Shown here one piece after another: positions 52,091 through 64,000 of a stretch of DNA of 64,000 nt. This DNA comes from Mobula hypostoma (lineage: Eukaryota): contig NC_086109.1 in assembly GCF_963921235.1 (NCBI RefSeq), forward strand, positions 3,660,001-3,724,000. Direction: 5' to 3'. The notes beneath the pieces are model-generated. The model worked only from the letters and a program-made list of their open reading frames with translations, was not told the origin of the DNA and made no database searches. A program made the position numbers and the translations under genes. Within the stretch, counting starts at the first letter, position 1, and each line of letters opens with the position of its first letter.

Positions 52091-54624
52091 CATCAGCACA
52101 CCTCTCATCCTCCTTCGCTCCACAAACTATCTTCATAAGACATGTTCTCTGTACGTATGCTCTCTCTATATATTCTGTATATGTCTTGAAATCAGTGGTT
52201 TAGTGGGAGACATAAAACTACTGTAAGTTGCAATAAATGAACAGTGGTAGTGTTTATGACAAATCTAATGGCAGAGGAGAAGAAGTTGTTCCTGATTCCT
52301 TGAGTGTGTGCCTTCAGGCTCCTGTCCCTCCTCCCTGATGATAGCAATGAGAAGAGGACGTGTCCACATGGTGAGGGCAATGCATGTTTTTTCTTGCCAG
52401 AGAATGTGATAGTTGCTGATGTTGTTATGACCTGCTTGCTGGTGCAGTAAAGTACAAGGGCTTTTTGTCACCAAGTGATGCCTCAGAAAGGCTGTATCCA
52501 TCATTCGGGACCCCCATCACCCAGGACATGCCCTCTTCTCATTGCTACCATCAGGGAGGAGGTGCAGGAGCCTGAAAGCACACACTCAGTGCTCAGTGTT
52601 TTAGGCACAACTCCTCCCTCCACCATCAGGTTTCTGAATGAACAATGAATCTATGACACTACCACTCTACTTTTTTTTTGCTCTCTTTTCACACAAATTA
52701 TTTAATTGAATTATAGATGTATATAGTTAGATAGATACACACAAACACATTGTATTTATTTCTTATTCAAAGTATCTGTGGAAAAGAGTACATAGTCGAC
52801 ATTTCAGGAGTCCTGATGAAGGGTCTGGGAAAGAGTGTCAACTCTACTCTTTTCCAAAAATGCTGCCTGACCTGCTGAGTTCCTCCAGCGTCTTATATTT
52901 GTGGCTCTGGAGTTCCAGCATCTGCAGATTTTCTTGTGTTTATATTTCTTGTAGTAATTTATACTTTTTCTGCCGTGCATTGCATTGTACAGCTGCCGCA
53001 TAACAACAAATTTCACAACATATGCCAGTGATATTAAACGTGATTCTGATTCGGCGCATGTGACAGAACCAGATTGTCTGCATCACTCCCCGTTACTGAA
53101 CATCGTGGCACGGGCTGGTTGTCAGGGGTATCCTTGTTCCTTAAGCCCAGGGGAATGCGCTGAGTGGACGTGGAATGCGAATCGCGCGTATGGCTGCGGC
53201 AACCCCTTGCTCACTTTTCCACAGAAGTCTGACGGCTCTGTAGCATCTGTCTGCATCGTTAACTGAGCAGTGTGAAAGTGCCCATTGTTGGGGGAGCCAG
53301 AGCAGCTGCTCACGCTGTCCAGTTCTCCTGGGCCGTGTTAACGTAGCGCGCCACAGTTGTTCGAGGCAGGTGCAGGAGGCTCTCTGCAAAAGCGGTTGTC
53401 TGTGAAGAATTCTCTGAGGGACGCAGTATTTTGTCTGCCTCCTTTTCTTGTTTATATAATTAAGAAATGATTGGAATGTAGCTTAAAGTGAATATCACAA
53501 CACAGTGCACTGCCTGTTGAACAAATGCCAAAACTCTCATACATTCTGCACTGGCACGTGCATACTCCTGATCACTCACATGTGCACGCACACGTATGAT
53601 CTTGTACACACACACTCGTGTGCACCAGACACATCCAGACTTTAATGCTTTCCTGCTTTCTGCCAGTACTCCCACCACCACACATTTCATGATTCCAGAC
53701 TCAGGTTTATCTATCAAGTGTGCATTGAAAATACGGTGAAATGTGTCGTTTGCGTAACAACCAGCACAGCCCGCAAGTGCCACCACACATTGCAGTGCCA
53801 ATGCAGCATGCCCACAATGCTTGGCAGAGCAAGCCCTCAAAGCGTAACAAAATGGAAAACAACAAGCAAACAAGCCTCGTTCCTCCCTTCCACTCACACC
53901 CATACACAGCCACCCAACCCCAGGACAGTGTATTCAGCCCTGAGCCTTCAGCAGGTTTGGATTCAGACTCGTAGACGTTGGGCCTTCGACTGCTCCAGAG
54001 CTTGACTCCATCCTTAACGTTCAACTTTTTTGTTGATGGAAAATGCCCCCATCCATGTACGTCCATTCTGTATTCAACGGGGAACGTGAGTGGGAACTTC
54101 TTCACTCAGAGGGTGGGGAGAATGTGTAAGCTGCCAGTGTTAGTGGAGGATGTGGGTTGGAATTCCACATTTAGGAGGAATTTAGATAGGTACATGGATG
54201 GGAGGGGAATGGAGGACTATGGTCCAGGGACAGGTCAATTGGACTGGGCAGATTAATATTTCAGCATGGACTAGATGGGCCGAAGGAACTGATTCTGTAC
54301 CGTAGTGTTCTATGATTCTGTGACTCTGTAAGTTCTCAGGAACAATGTAGCCTGAGGGAAGATCTGGTAGAGGTTTTTAAGATTATGAGAGGCACAGATA
54401 GAGAAGACAGGCAGTATATTTTTCCCAGGGTTGAAATGTCTAATACTGTACCAGGCAGAAGGGATTAGTTCAGCTAGCCATTTGATTCCTAATTTAATTG
54501 TTTCAGCACAACATTGTGAGCGAAAGGGCCTCTTGCTGAGCTGTACTGGTCTACGTTCGATGTCCTAATCTATTGTTTCTGTTACCCATTATTATTTACA
54601 ACCTCTGCCTTGATGGTTTGGTTA

Positions 54625-55035
54625 TCAGAATCAGGTTTACTATCACTAGCATTGTTATTAAATTTGTGGCAGCAGTACAATGTAATACATGATAATAGAA
54701 AGGAAAAAAACCTGTGTCTCAGTAAGTATATATATAAAATTGTTAAATTAAATAAATAATGTGGAAATAGAAATGAAAATAAAACATATAATGAGGTAGT
54801 GTCCATGGGTTCAATGTCCATTCAGAAGTCTGATGGCAGAGGGGAAGAAGCTGTTCCTGAACCGTTGAGTGTGTGTCCTCAGGCTCCTGTCCCTCCTCCC
54901 TGTTGGTATCAATGAGAACAAGGCATGGCCTGGGTGATGGGGGTGCTCAATGATGGATGCTGCCTTTTTGAGGCATCGCTCCTTGAAGATGTCCTGGATA
55001 CTACGGAGGCTAGTGCCCTTGGTGGAGCTGACTGA
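54625..55035 (-). mobile_element. Rex1/Babar-type LINE 3' fragment
   Basis: Colinear with 2136-2580 and 31518-31920. Confidence 0.8.
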
Positions 55036-56114
55036 GTCCTTGCGTGTCAGTGATCAAAGGAAATAAATGGTGTTCAAAACCAGTGCAGAATATTGTGAAG
55101 TTGTGAAATAGGTTAAACATCGTGAAGTGCTTTCATATTCATTACCATTTGCCAACCTCTTTGTTTTCGTATGTTGATGCTAACTGTCACCCTACAGAGC
55201 ACTGGAGTTCCTCGCTGAGTTATCTGCAGTGATTCACTTGCCCCAGCAGAGGCAGTTCTATCATAGCTGCAAGTTCAAGTAAACACTGCCACAATACTGA
55301 CGAGTTCAGTGTGGAGGACGCAGGACAGTGGAGCTTAGAAACCTGAAGAAAATATTGAAAGTCACATTGATGTGAGTTACAATTGACTGTGTCTGTATAA
55401 CACAGTTGTAGTCTTGCGGACTGACCTCTACCTTGCTGAGGCCAGGTGGCATCTCTCAGACACCTTCTCTTACACACCCCTTAAAAAGGCCCCCACATAC
55501 TGTCTCCACGTCTGGCTGCTGGTTGTTTTCATTGCTTTCCGCTCTCCCAATTTTGTTTGCCGACTAGGCCTCCAGATATGCAGGAAATTCCGATAACACT
55601 GACAGTCCCACTTGTACACTAAATCCCCTCACCATCCAGTAGCAGTTTTGTGCAGACCTTTAGGCTACGCTTTGAGTTCCCAGCTTCTCTGCAGCTGCTT
55701 TGGAAATGTGTGGATTCCTTGGTTTCTGTACAGAATCCACTGAAAAGGGCTGGAAAACTGTGGAATGATCGCCAGCGATGGGCTGAGTTCCCGTCGTCAT
55801 ACATTAAAGGGCTCTCCTCGCCACGTGACTCCTCTGTCAGTTAGTTCTTGGAGTAGCACACAAAATGCTGGAAAAACTTAGCAGGTCAAACAACTTTTAT
55901 GGAGGGGAATGAACAGTTGACATTTTGGGCTGAGACTCGTCATCAGAATTGCTGTGTTGGAGCTTCCCTCTGACCTCAACAAGGTTAGAGTTCAGTCTGC
56001 TAGATTACAACAGCCCCCTTGTCTGCTGGTTTGATGGCTGATGGTGAGGTTGGGATTGGGACTGCTTCGGGACTGCTGATGAAGTTTGAAGTTGTTTAAC
56101 CATATTAGTTGCAA

Positions 56115-56330
56115 CCCCACCATCAAACCCACAGAAAAGGGGAGAGCTGTTGTAGTCTGGTGGACTGACCACTACCTTGCTGAGACAAGGCAGTGACTCT
56201 CAGACACCCCCTCTTTCCCCCACTAAGGATCACCAACCTCATCAACTATGGAGATTGCCAATCCACTGCTACCAACACCACAGGTTCCTTGCCCTGCTAT
56301 TCTCATTTCTAATTCTTACCTCACTGTCCA
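56115..56330 (+). mobile_element. Penelope-like RT remnant (second remnant at about 55400-55570)
   Basis: IKPTEKGRAVVVWWTDHYLAETRQ*LSDT resembles the PLE K(P)ADKG motif region; 55414 ORF reads RTDLYLAEARWHLSDTFSY. Confidence 0.7.
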
Positions 56331-56547
56331 GATAGGCCCATAGTTTCTGCCAGTCCTGATGGAAGGTCTTGGTGTCTTGACCCAAAATTTTGATTGTTTA
56401 TCCTCCTCCATAGATGCTGCCTGACCGGATGAGTTCCTCCAGCATTTTGCAAATGTTGCTCTGGATTTTCAGCATCTGCAAAATCTCTTGTGTTCTTGTC
56501 CTGTCCATACTGCACCAACCACCACTGCTGGGCTATAAACGTGCAGA

Positions 56548-56663
56548 GCAATATGTGGTTAAGTGCCTCGCTCAAGGACACAACACGCTGCCTTGGCTGA
56601 GGCTCAAACTCGCGACCTTCAGGTCACTAATCCAACGCCTTAGCCACTTGGCCACGCGCCAAC
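56548..56663 (-). mobile_element. tRNA-derived SINE head with a CORE-like segment
   Basis: Minus strand ggcgcgTGGCCAAGTGGctaaggcg...gagtttgag...gtgtccttgagcgaggcacttaacc. Confidence 0.7.
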
Positions 56664-56669
56664 ACAACA

Positions 56670-57180
56670 CACACAGAACACAAAATGCTGGAGGAACTCA
56701 ATAAGCCAGGCAGCATCTATAGAACAGAGTAAACAGTCAACGTTTTGGGCCAAAACCCTTCATCAGGACTGGAAAAAAAGATGAGAATACAGAGCAAGAA
56801 GGTTGGGGGAGGGGAGGAAGAGTACAAGGTGGTAGGTGATAGGGGAAACTGGAAGATGGAGACGGTGAAGTTAAGAGCTGAAAAGTTGATTGGTGAAGGA
56901 GATAAAGGGCTGGAGTCTCATAGGAGAGGGTGGAAGACCATGGAAGAAAGGGAAGGGGGAGGAGCACCAGAGGGAGATGATGGGCAGGTAAGGCGATAAG
57001 GTGACAGAGGTAAATGGGAATGGTGGAATGGTGAAGAGGGGATGGGCACACTTACCTGAAGTTCAAGAAATCGATGTTCGTGCCATCAGGTTGGAGGTTT
57101 CCTGGATGGAATATAACGGTTTCCTTATGTGTGTGTTGCTTGGATTTCCAGTGCCTGCTGATTTTCTCATGTTTGTGTTT
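56670..57180 (-). mobile_element. Penelope-like fragment with an inverted terminal piece, about 110 bp upstream of the plexin exon
   Basis: Arm, hammerhead remnant 56734-56770 (CTGATGA intact, GAAA>AAAA), purine-rich UTR and inverted piece 57128-57180. Confidence 0.75.
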
Positions 57181-57291
57181 TGAGTAAGCTAGGAAGGAGG
57201 TCTGATGACAGCACATTTACACTAACTGTTTTTGACCCTTTACCTCCTTGGTGCCTCACAGAGTTGGTTTTCCCTCCTTGTTTTTCTGCAG

Positions 57292-57392
57292 CTAACCAGG
57301 GTACCGGTGGAGTCGTGCGAACAGTATGAAACTTGCAGTCGATGTCTGAGCTCGGGAGACCCACACTGTGGCTGGTGTGTGCTCCATAACAT
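57292..57392 (+). CDS. PLXNA2: Internal coding exon of a class A plexin (end of sema domain / start of PSI-1 domain); PLXNA2-like
   Basis: Acceptor ttttccctccttgtttttctgcag| at 57291 and donor |gtaagt at 57393; 101 nt, phase 0 to 2. Translates [33 protein letters not shown](AT-), the plexin-A PSI motif C..Y..C..CL...DPHCGWC. CEQY, LSSGDPH and the split AT- codon (M) favour PLXNA2; the leading L resembles PLXNA4. Class A assignment is near certain, paralogue about 0.7. Confidence 0.93.
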
Positions 57393-57814
57393 GTAAGTAC
57401 CCACTAGTGCTCTCTGGTACACTAGTCCCTTCACTCTGGAACTGTGAGTCTATTGTCATTTCTCTCTGACCATAGAGATTTATTTCCCAATCCCTGAAAA
57501 CGGACGTACCTGCTGGAAGCCCTCTGTACCCTGCCCGTGTTGAGCTAAGACTAAGCTTTCCAGTGAAGCTCATGCTATCAGTCAGACAAGAACCACGGTT
57601 ATCTGCTTCACCAACCATGGCTGAGGCTGATTGTGGTACTGACTGCAACAGACCCAGAACCCTCCTGTATCCCTGTGTACAGCCAGCTGTCAGGGCAGGG
57701 TTCAGTTCCAATACAGGACAAGCAGTAACAGTAAGAAGACAGTGTGACACTGTGCCACGGCAAAGACTTCCATGTGTGACACTCCATAGTCCATTCAGAA
57801 AATAGAACATAGAT

Positions 57815-58420
57815 CTGAGAAAATTTACAATGATGTTGCCTGGTCTGCAGAACCTGAGTTATATGGAAAGGTTGAATAGGTTAGGACTTTATTCCTTGGA
57901 ATGTAGAAGATTGAGAGGAGGTTTAATGGAGGTATACTAAATTATGAGGTGTATAGATGGGTAAATGGAAGAAGGCTTTTTCCACTGAGATTGGGTGAGA
58001 CTACAACCAGAGGTCAGGAGTTAAGGGTGAAAGGTGAAAAGATAAGGTGAACATGAGGGGGAACTTCTTCAAGCAGAGGGTCCTGAGAATGTGGAATGAG
58101 CTGTCAGTGCAAGTGGTGCATACGATTTAAATTTCTACAATCATGAGAAAGTTGGATAGGTTCATGGATGGTAAGGGTATGGCTATGGTTTGGGTGTAGG
58201 TTGAATAGGACTAGGCAGATTAAATGTTTCAGCACAGAGTTGATTTCAAAGTTTAAGAGAAGTTTGGATAGGTCCACGGACAGTAGGGCTATGGGGGGCT
58301 ATGCTCCTGATGCAAGTCAATGGGAGTAGGCAGTTTAAATGTTTCGGCACAGACTGGATATGTCAAAGGACCTGTCTCTGTGCTGTACTTTTCTTTGACT
58401 CTATGACTCTTAACAGGATA
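57815..58420 (+). mobile_element. CR1 3' fragment(s)
   Basis: Colinear with 5420-5835; the 3' end is present twice. Confidence 0.8.
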
Positions 58421-60107
58421 ACACAGTACAGGCCCTTTGGCCCATGATGTTCGCCTGACCTTTAAACCTACTCCAAGATCAGTCTTAACTTCCTTCAACT
58501 TCTTTGACTGTTAGTTGCTTTTGGTTCCTTGAAACAGTTTAGGACTTGCGGCCGAGAGGACGCTGTTGAGGGAAATGGAAGTACTGGAGGGCAGGTAGGT
58601 CGCCCTGTGCTCCCAGCTCTCTGTCTCAGTGAGCGCAGGTGTGAGTCTAGCAGTGAGTGAACTCTGTTTGTCAGACTTCTTGCTGCATTCTGAGCACGGT
58701 GAGACCCACTTGGGAAACGCAGACTGGACAGGCAGAAAATAATAGGTGTTCCACTTGGAAAAGCAACCCGAGGAATCAGACAGAGTTTCATGAGGAGGAT
58801 GGGAATCCAGAGAGAGGAGGAAGTGTGGCAGGTGCCCAGTCGCTGGCTCAGTGGTCAGTACTGAAGAGATGCAGAGAGGCAGAGCTACAGGGGAGATTAG
58901 CGTGTTTGTTGTTGAAACCATACAGTTGGTTGGAAGATGTAGGGGTTACATAAAAAGCCAGTATGGAGAGACACGTCAAGTCAAGTTTATAGTCATTTAA
59001 CTGTATATGTACATGGATATTTTATGGTACACTGTCTGGTATGGATGGGGTGGGTACTGCACAGGATCAAAAGGAGCTACAGGAAGTTGTAAAATAAGTT
59101 TGTTTCACTTTGGTTACAAGCCTCCATAGTATCCAAGACATTTTTGAGGAGCGGTGCCTCAGAAAGGAGGTGTCATTATTAAGGACCCTCATCACCCAGT
59201 ACATGCCCTCTTCTCACTGTTACCATCGGGAAGGAGGTACAGAAGCCTGAAGGCAAACACTTGATCTACTTATTTATTTTTATCCATATTATCATATATT
59301 GCATTGTACTTCTACCACGAAGTTAACATCACAACATGTGCTGGTGATATTAAACCTGATTCTGATTCTGTGAACTGTCATACGAGACCCCTACGGTCCT
59401 CTCAGGCAGTCTCACAGTCCTTCGTAGGGAATTCTGGTCCATCCTCAGCTGCTCCCATACCAGATGGAGATGTAACTTGTGAATTAACTGGGCACAGACA
59501 GTGAGGGATTTGAAAACAAGGATGTTAAAATGTCCTGTACAAGCTGAGTCAATAAGCATGGGCAATTCCTCACTTTGGAAGGCTTGAGGGAAGCGATGAT
59601 GCACCGATGAGCCCAGTGCTGTGGAAAACCGATCGGTCATTTCTGCCTGGCACTTTTGTACGCTGAGACTGCAGGAATCTCAGTGAACAAATACTTCTGA
59701 TCAGATTCGTAAAGAAAGGTAGAAATATAAAAACTCAATTATAAAAACATTTTGTGATGAAATATAACTCGAATCAAACTATAACGGAATTGAACCAAAC
59801 TATAACCCCTGGTGTGTTTCGTGTGTCAGCATAATGCAAGCTAGACTAGATACCTGGATGGAATTGAGTTGCAGTGACTGGTCTTGCCCTGAGGGTCACT
59901 CTGCAAAAACCTGATAAATTCCACAGCTCTGCAAGGAAAGGGCAGCACCATGCTGATGAATCAGTTCTGCTGCCAATAACTAAATAATGGAAATTGAGAA
60001 TATTAACCAATTTTGAAGTTGAAGAGTCAGCAAATTTGGATTTTTGGGTTTCTAAATTGAAAATTCTTTGTTACATTTAGCACAGCCAGGTTTATATCAG
60101 GGAGTCA

Positions 60108-60822
60108 TAAACACAAGAGATTCTGCAGATGATGGAAATCCAGAGCAGCAGACACAAAATGCTGGAGGAACTCAGCAGGTCAGGCAGCATATGTGGAAGT
60201 GCACCAGCGACTGATGTTTCAGACCGAGACCTGCCATCAGGACTGGAGTGGAAGGGGGAAGTGCCAGAATGAGAAGGTGTGGAGGGGGGGGGGAGGGGAA
60301 GCAGCTGGCTAGAAGGTGATAGGTGAAGCCAGGTGAGTAGGAAAGATAAAGGGCTGGAGGAGAGGGAATCTGATAGGAGAGGAGAGTGGACTGTAGGAGA
60401 AAGGGAAGGAGGAGGGAACCCAGGGGGAGGTGATAGGAGGTGAGAAGAGGAATAGAAGAAGAGGGGAGTGGGAGGGAAATATTTTTTTTACCAGAAGGAG
60501 AACTTGATATTCACGCCATCAAGTTGGAGGCTACCCAGATGGTATATAAGGTGTTACTCCTTGACCCTGAGGTTGGCCTCATCTAGGCACAAGAGGAAAC
60601 TATGGACTTACATGTGGGATCAGGAATGGGAATTGGAATTGGAATTAAAATGTTTGACCACTGGGAAGTTCCACTTTTGGAGGATGGGGTGGAGTTGCTC
60701 AATAAAATGGTCCCCCAATTTACGACGGGTCCCAACCATGCAGAGAAGGCCGCATTGGGAGCACTGGACACAGTGGACAACCCCAGAAGATTTGCAGGTG
60801 AATTCTTGCCTCACCTGGAAGT
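60108..60822 (-). mobile_element. Penelope-like element 3' fragment with a GIY-YIG endonuclease remnant (CxxC-containing, Neptune-like)
   Basis: Minus ORF 60620-60934: VRQEFTCKSSGVVHCVQCSQCGLLCMVGTRRKLGDHFIEQ...FPVVKHFN, a decayed FTC..VIYCI.C..C...YIG.T.R.L..RF.EH motif, linked to the UTR and terminal arm. Confidence 0.85.
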
Positions 60823-61636
60823 CTGTCATCAAGGAATGACAGATATGATGTATGGAACTTTCACCTCCTCTTCTGCCTCCCTGATGTGTGAAACAATAAC
60901 ACAAAAGCGGCTGTTGGTAATTTTCCATTGCCAAGTCTCTTCGACTTGTGCCTACTCTGAAGAAGTTCTGTGAGGCTCCCCCACTGTGATCTCTGCTGCT
61001 CTCCGACTCCTCTTACGACCACGTGCTTATCCAAACTCGCTATCGCAACCACATATCCCTCCTGGGAAAGTTTCACCTATCACCTGCCCCCTTGTACTTC
61101 TTCTTCCTCCCCTCTCCGAACACTCGTATTCTGACTTATCCCCCCTTCCTTCTCGGTCCCGATGAACCAATGGAGGGTCTCAGCCTGACTATTCCTGTCC
61201 ATAGATGCTCTTGAGCTGCTGAGCTCCTCCAGCACATTGTGTGTATCGCTCTGGATTGCCAGTATCTGCAGGACCTCTGCTGACTGTGTTGGTAATTGGC
61301 CACTGGATTATAATCGTCTCTGCACCGTGACACAGGGACAAACTTTGTTCCATATGTCACCCGTACAGATCACTCCAGTCTACACAGAGGTAGAACAGAG
61401 CGATGGCAATTACAGAATACAGAAACTAGTGTTACAAAGACAGTGTAGTGCAGGTAGACAATAAGGTGAAAGTGTCATGATGAGGTAGATCAAGGTCTCA
61501 TCTTCATCGTATGAGAGGTCCATCCAAAACAACACACAGGAGATGATGGAGGAACTCAGCAGGTCAGGCAGCGTCTTTGGAAATTAATAAACAGTTGATG
61601 GTTCAGACTGAGACCCTTCCTCAGGTCTCGGCCTGT

Positions 61637-62050
61637 AACTTACTTACTTTGCTGTCTGTTATGCTGTTGGCGTTTAGGGCAGCAATGAAGATCCTCCATT
61701 TCTGGAAGTGGTCAGGGCTTCCTTCTATCGTGTCAGTAGCTTCCTCTTGGTTTTCGCTATTGTCAGTCACTCAAGACCCGGGTGGAGACTCAGGAATACC
61801 GTCGCGCTCAGATGTAGAAGGACTCTTCATTGCTGTTTGCTTAGCAGTTTTGTTTTACCAGTCAGTGTTGTTAGCACTGAATTGAATGCCTGAACCTGGA
61901 GAACCAGTGGGCCACTCTTAGTCTTCCTCAACCTTTTGACCTGTTTGGCATGGGTGACCCTACCAAGAGCTCTGACTGCAGCCAATCTAGCTCTCTGGGT
62001 CACTGAGGCACGCAAGCCTCCAGACTATGACAAGACTGTGGTTCTCCAGG
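61637..62050 (-). mobile_element. Bipartite RTE-derived non-autonomous element nested in a PLE fold-back unit (61529-62145)
   Basis: Minus 5' part cttgtcatagtctggaggcttgcgtgcctcagtgacccagagagct...ggtagggtcacccatgccaaacaggtc resembles RTE 5' UTRs; 3' part tggaggatcttcattgctgccctaaacgcc plus (TAAG)n tail resembles RTE 3' ends. Confidence 0.65.
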
Positions 62051-63144
62051 ACGACAGCCCTCTATAGATGCTGCCTGAGCTGCTGAGTTCCTCCGGCATT
62101 TTGTGTGTGTTGCTTTGGATTTGCAACATCTGCAGCATTTTTGTAGTGCTTAAGGAGGCCATACAGTGGTCTTAAACAGCAGAACAGAAGCTGCCTTTGA
62201 GCCTGGTGGTATGTGGTTTCAAGTTGTTGCATCGTATGCTCAGTGGGAGGGGGAGAAGACTGAGGTGGGTAGGGTCATTAATTATGTCGGCTGCTTCACC
62301 AGGCTGCAGGAAGAGTAAACAGAGTCCATTGGTGGGGAGGCTGGTTTTCATGATGGACAGGAGTGAGTCCACAACCCTCTGTGGCAGTCTAGCACAGAGC
62401 AGCTGCCGTACCAAGCGTGATGCATCCAGGCAGGGTGCTTTCTCTGGAGCACTAATAAAAATCAAGTTGAAGTTTAATTGTCATTCAACCATACACATGT
62501 ATACAGTGAGCATTCCAGGGCCAAGCTACAAAACACAGAACATACAGTCACACACAGCACGTATAGTTATAATGGCACATCCAGTCACAAAAATAATATT
62601 AGCACAAGTTCCTGAGGGTCATGGCCTGAGGATTGAACTTGCAGCCTCAGCACTGCTGATACAGGTGTGCATGCCCGTCCCACTCCTGAGGTGCTGTTTG
62701 GTCAGAAGACATGGAGCCCACTCAGTGGAGAGAATGGAATTACTTTTCTCTGGTCCACTTTGAAGGTCGATAATCCAACCATTGTTGGCCGGCGAATGAT
62801 GGTGTCGTAGGAACTCACAGTAAAGTTCTTTGCTGAGCATTGATCACCACTCGGTACGCTACAAGCAGATACGCTGGGAGGAGTGGTCACTCTTCACACC
62901 ACCCTGCTCTGTCTTTTGCCAAGGTCACAGCTGATCTCTGAGTAAACTGGACCACGCTCTTCCTTCTACCCAAAGCAGCTTTACGCCACCGTACTTGACA
63001 GTACCGTACCAGAGATTGTGAATGTGAAATCTACTCGGCTGCAGTTTTGAGGCCATTGGTGGGGTATTTTCCTGGTTGTTGGCGGGAGGTTTGTCTGCTC
63101 CTGAGGAGAATGTGCTGGTGGTCAGATATTTACTGTATATGACC

Positions 63145-63590
63145 TATAACACAGAGCACTACAGCACATTACAGGCCCTTCGGCCCACAATGTTGTGCCA
63201 ACCTTTTAACTTACTCCCAGGTCAATCTAACCCTTCCCTCACACATAGCCCATAACCCTTCCCTCACACATAGCCCTCCATTTTTCTTTCATCCATGTGC
63301 CTATCTAAAAGCCTCTTAAATGCCCCTGATGTCTTTACCACTACCCATGACAGCTCTTACCTTACACCCGCCACACTCTGTTTGAAAAACCTAACTCCGA
63401 CATCCCCCACTGTACTTTCCCCCAATCACCTTTAAATTATGCTGCCTCGTATTAGGCATTTCCACTCTGGGAAAAAGCCTTCGACTGCCTCACTCTATCA
63501 ATCCCTCTTATCATCGTGTACACCTCTATCTAGTCACCTCTTTTGCAATAAAGAGAAAAGCCATCAGCTCGTTCAACCTATCATGAAAAG
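63145..63590 (-). mobile_element. CR1 3' fragment
   Basis: Same family as 38180-38520; local duplication of taacccttccctcacacatagccc at 63228-63277. Confidence 0.75.
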
Positions 63591-64000
63591 ATGCGCTCGC
63601 TAATGCTAAACCTTACATCATTGAAGAAGGCAGCTCACCCCCACCTTCCCGTGGGCAGCTAGGGATGAGCAATGAGACGTTGACTCAGCCTGCACATCTC
63701 ACATTCCTTAACTGGATATATGAAACAAAGCGGGCTGAATTCTGATGACAACACATCGGGTTATAGAACACCACAGCACAGAAACAGCCCTATTACCTCA
63801 CCGAGTCCATACTGAACCATTAATCAGACTAGTCCCATCAACCTGCACCCAGAGCTCAGCCCTCTGTATCCCTCCCATCCATGTATCTACCCAAATTTCT
63901 CTTAAATGTTGAAATGGACACCACAGCCACCACTTGCACTAGCAGCTCGTTCCACACTCTCTGATGAAGAATTTCTTCCTTCTGTTCTCTTGAACAGTTC

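Larger units (their letters stand above)
1..57291 (+). other. Large intron upstream of the plexin-A PSI-1 exon (probably starts before the window)
   Basis: I found no sequence matching the expected preceding plexin-A exon (...PILRDMAFS...YVMSE.Q); the region is dominated by repeats. Confidence 0.7.
57393..64000 (+). other. Intron downstream of the plexin-A exon (continues past the window)
   Basis: Begins with gtaagt; the expected next exon (CS....C......RFA) was not found. Confidence 0.7.

Noticed and set aside
46444..52226. Many long Cys/Gln/Tyr/Val-rich ORFs as structural protein genes
   Set aside because: They occur in all frames on both strands because the satellite lacks stop codons.
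57292..57810. 172-aa minus-strand ORF overlapping the exon
   Set aside because: Antisense shadow; the + strand has canonical splice sites and a clear PSI motif.

Overview
Vertebrate genomic DNA, most likely a cartilaginous fish such as a ray (inferred from the repeat families present). The window is almost entirely intronic. It holds one well-supported coding exon (57292-57392, + strand, 101 nt, canonical AG/GT) encoding [33 protein letters not shown], the start of the first PSI domain of a class A plexin (closest to PLXNA2 by my recall; PLXNA4 not excluded). I found no neighbouring plexin exon, so the upstream intron is probably over 57 kb. The rest is a dense mosaic of decayed mobile elements: CR1, Rex1/Babar, one L1, RTE-derived elements, Penelope-like elements (PLEs), tRNA-derived SINEs, and Tc1 and hAT MITEs, plus several tandem arrays. 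The best candidate for an unusual system is an abundant PLE family whose terminal repeat carries a minimal hammerhead ribozyme motif. Two young copies are nearly intact (37388-37423 and 39676-39711, - strand), and the terminus recurs as head-to-head fold-back units. Also notable: a G4-prone 9-bp minisatellite expanded in frame at the start of a CR1 ORF2, a 5.6-kb stop-poor satellite with higher-order duplications, a composite Tc1-MITE structure and an RFX X-box pair. Most ORFs in the track are repeat artefacts. Repeat boundaries are approximate and family calls come from motif recognition, not database searches.
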